64,000 nucleotides of DNA from Syncephalis fuscata S228 (Eukaryota > Fungi > Zoopagomycota). Below are positions 44,548-59,773 of the stretch, in pieces. Under the pieces are notes generated by a model. That model worked only from the letters and a program-made list of their open reading frames with translations, was not told the origin of the DNA and ran no database searches. How positions within the stretch are numbered: position 1 is the first letter of the stretch; the number at the start of each line of letters is the position of its first letter. The position numbers were made by a program, and so were the translations under genes. The stretch covers positions 1 through 64,000 of the forward strand of contig JAHLTZ010000031.1 in assembly GCA_025786725.1 (NCBI GenBank), in the 5' to 3' direction.

Positions 44548-45015
44548 TTATTCTTTTGGATGATATGGACGGCCATACTAGTATTATCATTATCATTATT
44601 ATAATAGTGTCAGTATACAGTTTAACATCCCTTATCCTCCTGCTATCATAGCTTACCGTCGGGAAAGGAGAGCGTTCCCATTTGGTGCCTCCTGGTGCCA
44701 AAGGAGCTAGCAAGTTTACAGCCATTGCAACAATGCAATTGTAGATATACAGATTAATACAACTATGGCCATCGTGACAATATACCTACGTTTGTAAGGA
44801 TCTGGATGTTGGTATTCCTTTAATTCCTTCTCAGCCTGCACGCACAGCTGCTCCGCTTCGCGTAGTGTGGCCACGTTACGATTAGCTTCAAAGCGATCGC
44901 GGATCTTGAGTGCCTGAGGACGCCATGTATCCAGTGTTAGATACCAATCCAAAGATGTTTTAAGGGCGCGTCTATAAAGACTTTTCACCCGGGCAACATG
45001 AGCAGCCTGCGACAT
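44548..45015 (-). CDS. NDUFB9: Complex I LYR-family subunit NDUFB9 (B22)
   Basis: RVKSLYRRALKTSLDW...IRDRFEANRNV...QHPDPY..PLAPGGTKWER. Confidence 0.93.
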
Positions 45016-46230
45016 GATATCAGTATGGAATGTGTGGTTGGTTAGCAAACAGTACTGAATCAACGATAATAAGGCAATCAGTGCTGGTGTTAACAGACGT
45101 GATAATAATAGAACAAATAGGAACGGAGTTGTAACTGATAGAGGTGTGTGTTATGAATTGAATTTAAAATTGGATCCATCCACCTTCACTTCTATTTTAC
45201 ACAGCCCACATGCACACACACACACACACACGATACACACACGTACATGCACACAGTAACAGCAATGCCAATCTACTCACAATGGTCGCTGTATGAATTA
45301 TGCCTATGAATCAAGCTGATTATAACAGGTTAGAGAATGGTTAAAGCTAAATCGTGGCGATGTTATCTTTAAACCTTGACAACAATAAAATGAAGTGAAC
45401 AATCAAAACCTGCCAACTAAGAGTGAGAAAGTGTATTTACGAACACACGTGTATATAGACATGTATGCATGTAGCGTATATATGCGCGCGTCTAATCTCC
45501 TCTCCTCTTCTCTTCTTAATTCCACCGTCAGGAGGTGAGAATGGCCTAAAAGAGCCAAAATGGGACTCGTGGTCAAGGTTACACATTCTCCATTATACTG
45601 CTGCGCTTTTGCTCCATACACACACACTCACTCACTCACTCAATTACCGCCATTGATACTGCTTCGTTCATTCGCTCGTTCACCAGAGTAGATTACCATC
45701 TTTCTCTTCCCTTTACCTTTTAAACCACCACAACCTTAGTTCTTATTCACTCATATCAAGCTAGTTGGTCTTGTTTGACGCCATCCTACCCGTTGGCCGT
45801 TCATCTATTTGTTACTAGGCACATCGGGACCTGTGCACTACTGCTTTGTTAATCGTTCATCACTAACTGTTCCTAGTGCTCGTACGTACCGCGACGAGCC
45901 GTGTATAAACGCTTGTCTAAGGTGTGTTTGCTTATCTGCTTACTTACGCCGCCATAGTTCCTACCGGTCGAACTAGTTTCTCATTCGCGTGCGATTGCGC
46001 GCATCATTTATCTTTCCTTGCAGGTAAGCTGATCCCTGGCCAATCTATGCTTTGCTGGCCAATAAGTTAGAAAAGTACCTATTTAGTCTGCACTTAGCCT
46101 TTAATAGCGAGCTATTGAAATGAGCATATAGCGATGTGAATGATGGCCATTAGAAGCAATTCTAACGCGTGTTTATTATTGGGTTACTATAGCTCTTATA
46201 CTGGCGTCCAAATCGGACTAAGTTGTTTCC

Positions 46231-48977
46231 ATGATGAAAGGATTAAAGAATCGCATGGTAAGTGCATTGAAATGATAATGCTGAGTAGTTAGTAACAGCG
46301 ATCTACTGTAACATATTAGCTTTCGCGAAAGAAACCAAACGAGAGTCAGGATGCCGCACAAACCTCCGCCAATGTAGTAAGTGTTTTTGTTTGTTTGTTT
46401 GTTTGTTATTAGAGCATATGGCCATGTACTTGTTAATTTTAACCAATTATTAGACGGCGGGTAATAATAATGGAGCGGCCGGTGTTCAGCAATCTCAATC
46501 GCAACAGCAATTATCGAGTGCTACGCAGCATACACCCAAGAAGGAGGTGCCAAAAAGTGCATCGTTGAGTCGTCTTAAACTGGCTCACGACTCGATTCCC
46601 ATGTTGAAATCACCGGCACGGCAACCATCATCACGTTTCCACGCTGCCGGCCGAGTCGAATTAGAGCGTTTGCCTGGCCTGCATGGTAAATGATTTGCAT
46701 ACAATTTTAGAAACAGCCTCACTAATAACGGCAATAATGTTAAACGCACATTGATGGCCATTTGTTGTTTAAACAGAGGTGCGGGACAATGACCGCCATG
46801 AGCTATTTATTCGCAAGATTCGCCAGTGTTCAGTGGTGTTCGACTTTACGGATCCGCTGGCGGATCTACAAGGCAAGGACATTAAACGCCAAACTCTTTC
46901 GGAATTGGTCGAATATATTACTACTCAGCGCAATGTTATCATTGAGCAAGTATACCCAGAAGTGTTTTCAATGGTGCGTGTATAGCTTACTGGCTGTTAA
47001 AATAGCCATTATTGTAGTAGTAGTAGTAATAGTAGTAGTAAAACTGTTACTAATTGCATATAATATAGTTTGCTAGCAATTTATTCCGGCCCATTCCGCC
47101 ACAAGTCAATCCTTCTGGCGATGCCTATGATCCAGAGGAGGATGAGCCTGTTTTAGAAATGGCTTGGCCTCACCTGCAAATGATATATGAATTCTTTTTA
47201 CGCTTTGTTGAGTCACCTGAATTCAGTGCCAATGTTGCGAAAAAGTATATTGATCAGAATTTTATTCTTCAGGTAACTTGGTTTAAAAATGGCCATGCCA
47301 TACTATAATTACACTCTAATGGCTAACTATTGTACAGCTACTCGATCTGTTCGACAGTGAAGATCCACGTGAACGTGACTTTCTCAAAACAACATTGCAT
47401 CGTATTTACGGCAAATTCCTTAACTTGCGTGCATTTATTCGACGTTCTATCAACAACATTTTCTTCCAATTTATATATGAAACAGAACGGCATAACGGTG
47501 TAGCGGAGTTGTTAGAAATTTTGGGCAGGTAATGATCGCTAAACAGCCATAATGGCATTGGAGTCGTGGCAATTAACAGACTAGTTACTAATGAGCTAAT
47601 ATAGTATTATCAACGGATTTGCATTACCGCTTAAAGAAGAACATAAAATATTCCTTACAAGAGTGCTCATTCCTTTGCACAAAGTCAAATCACTAATTCT
47701 TTACCATCCTCAACTGGCCTACTGTGTCGTACAGTTCTTGGAAAAGGATCCAACATTGACAGAAGAGGTGAGTGATGAGCGAGTATTATGGAAGAATAAA
47801 GGCTGATTTGCAATATTAGGTGGTAACAGGATTACTACGTTATTGGCCCAAGGTCAACAGTCCAAAGGAAGTTATGTTTTTAAACGAACTAGAAGAAATT
47901 CTCGATGTGATCGAGCCACAAGAGTTTACAAAGATTTGTACACCTTTGTTCCAACAAATGGCACGATCTGTGGCTAGTCTTCATTTCCAGGTAAATAGAT
48001 GAGCAAGATGACTGAGAAAGTATGTGACAACTAATCCAATTTAACTGGTAATTACTATTAGGTGGCTGAACGAGCTTTATATTACTGGAACAATGAATAC
48101 ATCGTTAATCTTATTGCAGAGAATATAAAAATTATTATGCCTATTATGTTCGGCGCATTGTACAAACATAGTAAAACGCATTGGAATAGGTAAATATTTT
48201 AGAACATAAGATGATGTACACATCTTTTGTTATAAATTGTTTAAATGCTAATGACAACTCTATCAATAGCACAATTCACGGCCTTGTATTTAGCGCACTT
48301 AAGACAATGATGCAAATGGATCCAGTGCTGTTCGACGACTGTTCCGAAGAATACAAGGCTTCACGCGCCGAGTAAGTAGTTACTTACAGCTGATCTTGGT
48401 TTATTATAGCTAATATACGATAATAATTAGAAATCGAAAGAAACAAAAGGATCTTGATGACAGTTGGCGCAAATTGGAAGAGGCTGCAGCTAATAATGCC
48501 TCTAAAAACCCAGAACTTCAAGCCAAGAACGTTACTTTAATCAATCCCAACGCTTTCGATCACGGCCAATTGAATGGTAATGCTATAAATAATACGTATG
48601 AATCTGCACGTATTAACCTTATAATTAGGCGATACTCTCGAAAATGCCGATTCAAGTATGGATTCAGACAATGACGATAATGATGAGTTGGCAGCAGCAG
48701 ACGATGACGACGGAGAAGAGGATGGTGATTTAATTGCTCAAGATTTGGTAAATATTTATAAAAATATGTATAACATGAGCATTTAAACTAACACCCAACA
48801 CATCGGTTTTAGGAGCAATTTGAACCAACTGGACCACCTGGACCAATATTCCGTCGTAAATCGGTGCTACCGGTCGATGAACAAGTGGTGATTGAATTGT
48901 CGCGCCATAAAAGTTTGGACGAAAGAATTAACTCGCCAACAACGCCACAACACGACGCGGACGCGGACGAGGATTAA
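46231..48977 (+). CDS. RTS1: PP2A regulatory subunit B' (B56)
   Basis: [56 protein letters not shown]; probable 5' UTR intron ~46024-46192. Confidence 0.95.
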
Positions 48978-50852
48978 ACATGAAAGAAGAATAGGATGAA
49001 GGCAACAGTGCGACTTGGCCCATATGATAATAGCGTAGTTATAATTTGAAATTTCAATTCGCACAATATACTGTCTGTGTTTTCGTATAATTAATAGCAA
49101 CTTCAATAGTATAACTGGCACTGAGATTGCCTAATAATGTGCATAAGATGTGTTTGCAAATAGACTCAAGTATATTTGTTAATTTCAAGTATGACAAGGC
49201 TTCAAAATGATAAATACAGGCTATTGATTTGTTAATCATTAAAAGCAATAATTGATATATTGATCTAATAATCGTAATAACGAATAGTTTATATTTATTT
49301 GGACTAATGATTAAGAAATTACGTCTATACTAACAATGCTGATATTCGACAATACCAGTCTTGCACATTGTAGTATTAATAGCTAAGCAATCGTTTAATG
49401 TAATAACTTTTGATTAGTTATTTGATGAATTAAACATTGCAGTTGACTGTTTGTACCACAGCTCAAATTGTGTTCTGCCAATTACTAATACTGATTTATT
49501 TAGTAATGAGTGTAACATGTGATGGATGTACAATATTTATTATAATCTCAATACACTACAATAAATTTGATAACATTCAATATCTACAATAATCATAGTG
49601 TTTATAATACTACACGATAACACAAATAGAATTATACAAGGTTTTTGTGACTGTATTACTTTAAACAATGAATATGTAATATTTGTGTTTGTGTAATGTA
49701 TAATTATTAATAGGGATTACAAAGCTGAAACTATTAGTAATTTATTTTAAGTAAAGCTGTTACTATATAGTAATGTGTTAGTAAACGGCTATAATCGCCC
49801 GTTAGCAAGTTTGCGCTATATATCACATTATAACAGTTCAAATGACAACGTTAGCAGCAAGTTAAACGCTACAATATTAGAATATCCCATATCTACTGCT
49901 TTAATCCATGCGTTTATATTTAGGCTATGCGATAATAGAAAGCAAATTCAAGACCAGCTGCCGATATGGCTACATAGCTAGTGGAGATAGATATTGAAAA
50001 AAAGGAATAATAATGTAATATCCGCTACAGTTGTACTTGTTACAAATTTAAATCTACAGATAGTCATTAATACTATTTATTCATATTATTATTAAAGCAA
50101 TACTATATATAATGGAATAGAGTGGTTATTTAATAGAAAAAAGTGAAAGATAATCGTAGACTGTTTATAAATGTTACTCAATATTGTTTCATCTTTTAGT
50201 TCCGATTTAGTCCTTTTATTCAATTCACACTCACACCCGTACGACAACAATATCCATTAGGATTTTCACAGGAACTGGCCACACACACACACTCATACAA
50301 TACAACACACACACACACACACACACTTTCGTTCACTCTTTTATAACAGCCTCATCTCTCTCTCTTCTTCTTTAGTGCTTCTTCATTATAGCAAACTACA
50401 TTGCTCTCTCGCTCTCTCGCTCCTTCTCTTACCCTCTATTTCATTGTCTTTGTCATATTCACACACTAGTTCAATTGAGCATACTACATATCATCGCAAA
50501 TTGTGCTCTGAACCTTCTTTGTCCATCGCCAGTCTAGTTGCCAAACCACTGCTTTATCTCGTCTCCTTTTACGTCGTTGAGCGTCGCGTGCTATTGTCTC
50601 TGTTTCTCGGTCTTTCTCCTTATTACTCTTGTTCTTTGCCGACTATTTCATTCTTACGTTTTTATACTGTTAGCGTTCGTTTTCTTTCCTTTTCTTTGTT
50701 ACAAACAGCAGTGCGTGTACGTGATTGTGTGCGTGTAGATTGGGCCACGTGCTATTGTCTTCATTTGACTGGTCAAACTATACACGATTGAATAATCGTG
50801 CAGCTCAAACTCTACCAAAAAAGGACTATCATCCTGTTCAGTAATTGTTACT

Positions 50853-53800
50853 ATGTCAACCAGCGCGCGTGGTGGTCGGAATCGACACAACGCGTTTCCT
50901 ATCGGGTAGGCATACAGCTGGCTTGGCAAACTAATGTATAACAGTGGATCTATTTATGCAATCTAGAACGAATCGTACTGCCGGCGGAGGTGGAAATACA
51001 GGCGGCGGCGGCCATAATAACAATAACAACAACAGCAATAATAGCAACAACGCTGGTGGAGGCGGAAACAATATGAATAAATCAAAATGGCACTCACAAG
51101 GGCCAAGCTCACCTGTCGATCGTTCAATGCAAAGTATGAATTATAAATGATTAATATAACTAGCAAGAATTATAATAATAACAGAATAATTAATTTGATT
51201 TAATTTGATTTATTTAGACAAAGACAAAGACACGTATATGATGCACCAGCATGATCGTGCTCTATTTCTTTTAATGCATTTAGTGGTAGGCTGTTAATAT
51301 AGAAATTGTGACCATGCTTTAACCAGCTTATTCATTGCCTTGGCAGGGAACACGCGTAAAAGTGACTGTGAAAGGAGGCACTCAGTATGAGGGTCTTTTC
51401 CACGCGGCAGCCACCGAGAGTGAATTGGGCGTTGTTTTGAAAATGGCTCGTCAATTGCCGGGTAGTAAAACAAAGTCTAACGGGACAGCTAGCGATGAAG
51501 CGGATACAGACGCTAATAGCAATTCGCCTGTTCATACATTAGTCATTCTATCGAAGGATCTATTACAGATGGATGCTGTTAATGTTGATTTTACTGTACC
51601 GCAAGCATCGGCTGTCCCACTGCCTGTTAAAACGCCCAAATCACCGGCCAGCGATGGTAAATGACATAAATGCGTTTAAATAAGCTATAACTAATTATTT
51701 TTTTTGGTAATTATAGGTTTCAAGACTGATACAGCGATTAGTGGCAAAAAAGGAGAAGTACGCGAACGTACATTACGTAAATGGGCCGACTATTCAGATG
51801 ATGAAGAATTGCCTGAGTTGGGATATCCTTTTAGTTGTTTGTTTGATATATGCACTAATAATAAGTATTGTATATATGCAGTTAAGCTTTAACCTTTAAT
51901 GGCCAATGAATACAGATTGGGGCACATCCGAAGACGCGCCAGCAACTCAGCCATGGGATCAATTTGAGGCTAACAAGAAATTGTTTGGTCTTAAATCAGA
52001 TTATAATGAAGAGATTTACACTACAAAACTGGATCGTAATAAGCCAGATTATAAAGAGCGAGAGAAAGTGGCTATTAAAATTGCTAATGAGATTATGCGT
52101 GTAGGTAGATAGTGTTTATTATTATGCCTTTTAACTGATTTTACTATTAGACAACAACGGATAATGCACATTTAGCCGAAGAGCGTGGTCAAATTGCTCC
52201 AGATGATAATATGGATGAGGAAGATCGGTTAGTAAAACGATCATTTAATAATGGCTATGACTAATGATTAATGATTAATTCAATAACTTAATAATTTAGA
52301 TATGGTGCTGTATTGCGTGCTGCTAAAGGTCCAGTACCCGGTGCACTTGGCGGTGGTAAAGGTAAATATCAGCCACCTCAATCACGGGCCAAAATGTTAC
52401 TTCAACAACAACAACAGCAATCTACTACTCAAACAAGTGGAACCAGTGCTACAAGTTCCACTCCATTGGTAGTAAAAGCAACTGCAACGAGTACAACTAC
52501 TCAATCTATCACACAAACTACTAGTTCCCTGCCTAAACAGACGCATCCACTGGTAGAGAAGGCAGTACAGAGGCCGCCAGCCAATGGAGCTGTTAGTCCT
52601 GTGCTAGTTCCAGTGCAGCTGCATCGGCTAGTAATCGTAAATTGACTTCATCTTATTTGGCCAAACTTAAGAATGATCTACTTAAAGGCATGCCTAAAAT
52701 TGAAGAGTCGCTAAAAAAGGTCGAATCAGAAAAGAAACCGTCGACTACAACGGCCGAAGATGCTAGTGCATCCAAATCTCCACCATTGGATTCATTACCG
52801 CCAAAAATGCGTCCATTAGCACCAGCACCATCGGCTCAATCTGGCTTACCAATCCGCAACAAAGGTAAATAGTAATTATAAATGATTTAATACTAATACT
52901 AACACTAACACTAATACTAATAATGACAGATGAACAAACGGGTGCTACCATTCCCAAAATACCTTTGGATTTATTACGTCCTGGTATGATGGCTCGTAGT
53001 ACAAGTTCTACTGATGCTTTAGGTGGTGTAACACTGAGCTCAGTAGCAGCGGATGGAGACAAGTCTCAAAAGGCTTTATTGCGTACAGCATTCCTGGCTA
53101 GATTAGATAAGAAAATACACGCAGAAAGAAGTAATAAAAAGCCAATTGAAGCTCAAGTCGTTGGCACTTTCCGTAAATTTGTATCAACCGAAAAGGAACG
53201 TTTACAACAAAAGAAACAAGCGTTAATTCGTAAAGAAAAAGATTCTCGTATTGCAGAACTGGTTAAATTTGGTCAATCCTTTAAGGTAAGTAATTAATAG
53301 TTAATAATATTAATTTAACAATTATTAACTAATAATGTATTATTTAATTTATTTGTTTATTTAGTTAAAATTACCTATGCCAGAAGATTTGGTGGATATT
53401 GTAACAAATGATCCAAAGAAAAAGCAGCAAATCTTGGAAGAAAAAGTACATGCTGAAAAGTCTATTTCGACATCAACTACTACTACTAGTACTACTAGTA
53501 CTACTACAGTTAGTACTACTACTGCTACTACGGCAGAAACGACTAAACCAACAGTCAGTGCTACATCATCGACTTCAGAACCAGCAACGAGTAAAACAGA
53601 AGATACAAAAACTGCAGTATCGCCACCCGATACTAAGCAATCATCTGAGTCAACTGAAACAACATCAGCATCAACTACAACAGTAACTAAAAAAGAGGAT
53701 ACTGAAGTAGAGGAAAAGACCAGCTCTACTACTGCTACAGCTGAATCAAAAGACAAATCAGCAGTAGTAAAGACAGAGGAAAAGAAACCAGTACTTAGTG

Positions 53801-55306
53801 CATCTAAATTAAATGCCAATGCAAGTGAGTTTCGTCCCAATCCTGCAGCTGCACCATTTGTACCAGGTGGCAGTGCTAAAAAAACATTTGGTCATACATC
53901 AACCGATACAGCCTCAGTATTTAATCCATTCTTTGGTGATAAAACATTAAAGAAAGGCAAACTATCAGTACGATCCCTCTTTAAAGAACTGCCTGACGAA
54001 TTAGAGTCACCCGATGAAATAGGTAATACTAAAACCAGTATTGATAACACTATTGACAATACTAATACTAACATCAATGTTAATAGGATCTACTTGGTCG
54101 CTTGGAGATAAACCATTCCAACAACAGTTCCAAATGGCTCATATGATGGAAGAGGCTGAAATGTACGGTCTTCACGGCTTTCCTGGTATGATGCCCGGTA
54201 TGGCTCATTTACATCATCCACACCAAGCAACACCGCCTACTCATCCGCATCATCCTTCACCACAGCCACCTTTACCGCCACCTGTACCACACCAGGCCGG
54301 TATGATGATGCCTCCACCACATCCACAATTTGGCTATGCTTATCCAATGTCGCCATATCATCGATATCCACATCCAGGCCCACCTCAGCATCAACCGGGC
54401 ATGATGATGGCACCGCCACCACCAGGCTCACTTCCCTATATGACACCGGGCTATGTACCGCAGGACCATTCTCGCCACCAGGCCCACATCATTTAAATCA
54501 TCCTGGTATGCCACCTATGTATGGTAGTCCTCAAATGACCCCCGGTCTACCTATGCGACCTGCCAATAGTAATGGCAATAACAATGGTGGCAATAATAGT
54601 AATAACAACAACAACAATAGCAATAGTGGTAATAAAGCAGCTCATCCATCAGGCTCTGCACCTGGATCTAACGACGTACAGTCATCAGGATCTACAACAC
54701 CACAATTGGCCAATAGTATAGCCAGTAATAACAGCACGGCTACAGCTGTTCAACCTGGCTTTTCACCTATGACGACAGCTATGCGACCACCATTACCACC
54801 ACCATCCATGATGCCCATGCAAATGGCCCATCCCGTCTATGCCTATCATCCACACCAAGGCATGCCAGGTAATGACAGCATATATGATATGTTAACCGGC
54901 ATTACTAACTAATTAACTAATAGGTGGCCCACCGCCACCACACTCTATGATGTTACGCTATCCACCACCTCCGCCAGAAATGATGGCTGGTATGCAAGGA
55001 CCTCCACCACCACACCAGCCAGGTATGATGATGGCCCCACCTCATGGCATGCATCCTCAAATGATGTCACCGTATATGTCACCAGGTAATCCTAATGGTT
55101 TAAATGATCCATCAGGTGCTATGGCAGGTAATATGCCACCTATGCCGCATCATCCACATCCTATGATGATGCATCAACAGCAACAGCAACAACAACAACA
55201 ACAGATGATGACAGCAGCAGCAACAGGTACGACAAACAATACAACAGGTGCATCACCGCCCCTTCATTCTACACCTATGACCACAACGGATACCAATACA
55301 GAATAA
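50853..55306 (+). CDS. PBP1: Ataxin-2/Pbp1 homolog (LSm, LsmAD, PAM2, Pro/Met/Gln-rich tail); start uncertain
   Basis: VTVKGGTQYEGLFH, GFKTDTAIS, WDQFEANKKLFG..YNEEIYTTKLD, HLAEERG, PAM2 SKLNANASEFRP. Confidence 0.92.
51823..51913 (+). other. U12-type AT-AC intron in Ataxin-2/Pbp1
   Basis: Begins ATATCCTTT, ends GAATAC, CTTTAAC/CCTTTAAT branch-like motifs 13-25 nt upstream of the acceptor; removal joins ELPELG|DWGTSED in frame. Confidence 0.85.
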
Positions 55307-55459
55307 TCGATGATCTTACTATTTGCCTTGTCATTCATAATTATATAATTTACGATCACGATTTATTATAAAACACATTCATCATGTCAATCACACACGC
55401 ACACAATCATTACACTTTTGGCATTAATAAATACGAGCTATTTTTGATACTATTTCTTT

Positions 55460-55843
55460 TTATGCTTCAGATATTGATAATTCTTGATAGAGACGGGCTC
55501 TTATTTGAGTAGAACTTAATTTAAGTTCACTCCATTCAGCCTCACCTAATGAACGGCGACCAGCAGCCACCACATCGATTACATGGATGGCCATGGTAGG
55601 TAATTGTCGCTCAATACGTGCTTCTTGGGCTGCTACGCCTCCCTTGTAAGTTTCGCGCGACACAACAATAACATCCATGCTTGGATCGGTGATCGTTGGT
55701 CCAAATGGATCAGTGATAGGCGCCACTGTATAGCGTCGATGGCTTTGACAAAGTGTATTAAAGAATTGTTCAATATGTAATATACGTGTCTCTAACGGTT
55801 CCAACAATTCACGATATTGCTTATTACTAAGCATGGATCCATC

Positions 55844-55875
<32 letters not shown>

Positions 55876-56692
55876 TTGAAAGTATTTACAAGTTATTAAA
55901 CTATATAGATGTGTGTGGGTATGTGTGTAATACATACCGGTAACACCGCAGAATAAACGATCATTCGTGATCCACGCTGCCATCGTTAGTAGAATCTTAT
56001 GACCAGCATGTAAATGATCAAAAGTACCACCAATAACTGCATGTTGATAAATGGGCCATTGTGTATCATTACTATTAGATGATGGTACTGGCGATGATAA
56101 AGAAGGCAATATCGAAGGTGGTGAAATAGAAAGAGTAGCCATATGACTACTGTTAATTGATGGATAAACAACATTAAGCGACGAATAGCCGAGTTGTTTT
56201 CGACCATCATGCCATGAATCAATCAACACAGCCGCTATTATAAAATATAAATATATTGCTATTTAATATTACTATTTGATATAATTTACCTCGTGTATCC
56301 TGTTCTTCGCACCATGCTGTATCCCAGTGATCGAGTTCTCCTGGTGCATAGCCACACCATGGATGCAGTGTTACTGTGACGGTTAGCCATGGTCGATGTG
56401 CTCGTTGCATTATAGTAAGTACCATTACATACGCTCTGGCAATAGCTTGTTCAACTTCACGACAATAGGCACTGCGAGCTGGCTGTTCGGCCAACTTGTT
56501 TATGTTGGGTGCAGCAAGTACGATGAGTAGTTCGTTGGCCGTTTCAGCAATAGCATGTTGTAATAGGCTGGGTGACGGTCGTGCCTCACATAACTGCTCC
56601 GCACCAACAATAACTAGACTATTACGTGCCGCGTATTCTGTAGGTGATTGACTATCTAGTGAAGTAGCCATTACAGGTGCTTTACGTGACAT
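55460..56692 (-). CDS. CAB4: Phosphopantetheine adenylyltransferase (cytidylyltransferase family)
   Basis: GGTFDHLHAGHKILL, DPFGPTITDP, VVSRET, KLSSTQIR. Confidence 0.9.
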
Positions 56693-57109
56693 ATTGTTGT
56701 TGCTGTTAACAAATACAATGTGGTAGTGAGGCTAAGCAAGTACGAAAGACAATGAAAGGACTGCGGGTATTAGTTAATAGTTTTATTAACTGAACAGTTG
56801 ATTATTAAACAAATCATTCATCGTCATCATCACCGCCACCACCAATAATAACAATAACAATAATAATACACGACGCGTCTACATTTTATATATTATATTA
56901 ATTAAAATAACACTATTTTCCCCTCTTTTTATTATTAACCTTCTCTTTATCATAACACGTAGTTATCTACGTTCTATTTACCGTTAGGGTCTACTTATCT
57001 ATTGGTTTATTTTTGTTTGGTTGGTTGTTTGTCGATTAGTGTGCACACAATCGTTGATTGAAATTGGTTATTGTGATATTGCTCTATATTCAAATTAGTT
57101 TACGGCAAT

Positions 57110-59632
57110 ATGACGGAGCGACGTTCAAGTCGATTGCGCAATAGTTCAGGGCCATTACGCGTTTCTCAAGAGGAATGGCTGCAAATGGCTGGACAATCAA
57201 CGCCTATGCCAAATAATGCAACAACAACAACAACAACAACAACAAAGACACTTTTGGACACGCCACTACGTCAAGTGCAATCAGAGAGTGCTAAATTGCC
57301 TTTGACCGCATTAGTAACACCGCTATTGGATATTGGTGCTGATAAAACAACTACAACTGCACTAGGTGATAATCAAACATCGCAGTGGCAATTCTCCGCT
57401 CCGCGTTATGCTGATCTCGGCAAAGTCGACGATACAGGCAATACAAGTCAATGGTTTGGTAAGTGTATATGATTTACAAGTTAATTAATATTAAACGTAA
57501 AATACGTAGAAAATCGTATTATTTCCCCAACTGTGGGTGCACCCAATTCACCATTAATACAATTGACACCACAGCCACGTCCATTACGTAAAAGAAGGTA
57601 ATAATAATAGTTAACATTGATGTTGTTATATTAATTAAATTAATACTATTTTACAGTTCAATTGCTTCATTGGGCCCACCACAACGCGTATTACTTATGC
57701 AAGGAACGCCTAATAGTCCATTGGCGTTCTCTGCTGCTTCTCCATCATTTAATCGTCGTTTAGTCGACGACATGGTTGTGCCAGCAAGTCCTGTTTGGAA
57801 GGTCGATAAAAGTCCGACTAGCAATAATAGCGATATGACTGGATTGTCACGAATGGAAGAAGCGATAGCACCACTACGACGAAGTGGTCGTCTGTCCCAA
57901 GGTGCAATACGTATATTGAAAAAGTCACCGGCAGCAGACATAGAGAAAAAGGCACTTGGTATACGCCATAGTGCAGGTGTCAAGAAGCGTACTGTAAAGA
58001 CAACGGCTAAACAAGTCTCAACCACTTCAGGACTGTCCAAGCATACACAGAAACACATTAACCGTGTACGTCAAGCGAAGCCATTCAAATCGGCAGCACA
58101 GTTTATGAAGGACTTTTGGCTAAAAACACCGGATCGCTTTCGTACACGACCAAAGCCATTGGTAAGTGCTTTATGATTACTTTGACTATTAAAGATATTA
58201 ATGTGATAAATAGCGGAGGATGCTCTTAAACCGCTGGAACTTACCCAGCCTGTATCACCCAATCTACGTACCAAGCACACTCGTTCAAGAGAAATGTAAG
58301 ATAACTCATTATAGCCATCATTATCATTGGCTAAATACTAATGAATGACGAATGAATAGAGCGCAACATAATGAATACCTGGAAGATGAAGAACAAGCTA
58401 CAAGTGCCGCATTGAAGGCCGATGGAAAGCCAGGATTTAAAGCTCATCCTGTCAATTACAAGGTAATGAAAGTGGAACAAAAGCATTAGTGTTTAATAGA
58501 CTAAGTGTATTAATTAACTATAAATAGGTATTAAATAGTGCAGGTGATCTAGGTGTACCCAAAATAGCCAAACCAAGGACTACTGTGCCTAAATCGCCCG
58601 GATTTACAAAGTTGCCGTCAGAACGACGTAAACAAAAAGAAGTAACAGCTGCACCAAAGAATAATAACACAGCAAAGGCTCAAGCGGCCAAGTCAAAGAA
58701 GCTAGCCAAAGTGGCAAAAGAACCTTATGAACCAAAGTTAACAGTACCTGAACCATTCAACTTTGTTGGCGATGCCATTGCTGCAAATAAAGCACGCCGC
58801 TTTGAAGAACGTTTGGCACAAGAGAAAGCGGAACTTGAAGAAGCACGTCGATTCAAGCCTGCTCCTATGCCCAATTTAAATAAGCCAGTGGTAAGTATTA
58901 TTAAATATAAAGCATAAATAAATACCATTATTATTATATTATTACTATTAGTACATTTTTACTAATAGTATAATAATGAATAGACATTGCCACCAGTAGA
59001 GGAGCGCCCTCTTACTGAGCCAAAGCCATTTCAGTTTCTAACCGATGAACGGGGTGCTGTGTATCAAGCTCAATATAAAGCATGGATTGATGAGATTGAG
59101 CGACAGAATAAAGAGAATAGAGAGTTTCACGCCCAACCAATTATAAAGGGCAAGCCTATTGTCATACAACCATCTACAAAGCCTACAACAGCCGTGAGCC
59201 AATTCAGCTACAATTAGATAAACGTATCGAAGAACGTCATCAGTTTGATGAGCGTATCCGTGAGCAACAAGAACTTTTAGAGTTGAATCGACAATTGAAA
59301 GAAAAAGAGGATGAGGTAAGCAGAAGTGACCATTGCTGATACGTACAAATAGAATGAATAGACATATTAACACCTAATTCTATTGTTTACTTGAATTAAA
59401 ACAGGAACGTCAACGTCTTGAAATGATTGAGCATCGTAAACAGCTTGAATTCAAGGCAAATCCCATTGTTAATTACCCGTCATTAAGTATACGTCGTTCT
59501 TCAAAACCGCTTACTGTGCCGCAATCGCCGGCCATTACCAAGAACACACTTCGTCGCCGTCGTCATTCAGAACGGTCGGCTTCACATCGTGCACGTTCTC
59601 GTCTTTCTCTTTTGCGCTCTCATCGTATTTAA
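57110..59632 (+). CDS. TPX2: TPX2-like spindle assembly factor
   Basis: FSAPRYADL...QWF N-terminus; repeats LTQPVSPNLRT, FKAHPV, LTVPEPFNF, LTEPKPFQFLTDERG, FKANPI, KPLTVPQSP. Confidence 0.8.
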
Positions 59633-59773
59633 TTATGTTCTTTCTTTCAATTTTAATATACTAGTTATAAGCAATAGCCATAACAAGATGTCCATAATAA
59701 TAATAATAGTAATAGTAATCATTTATTATAACAATAATTGCCTTGGTTCATTGCCACTATCTATACTCGTTAA

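Noticed and set aside
50894-50966. Third U12-like intron (GTTTCCTAT donor) at the start of PBP1
   Set aside because: Donor deviates from consensus and an in-phase GTAGGC donor lies 12 nt downstream
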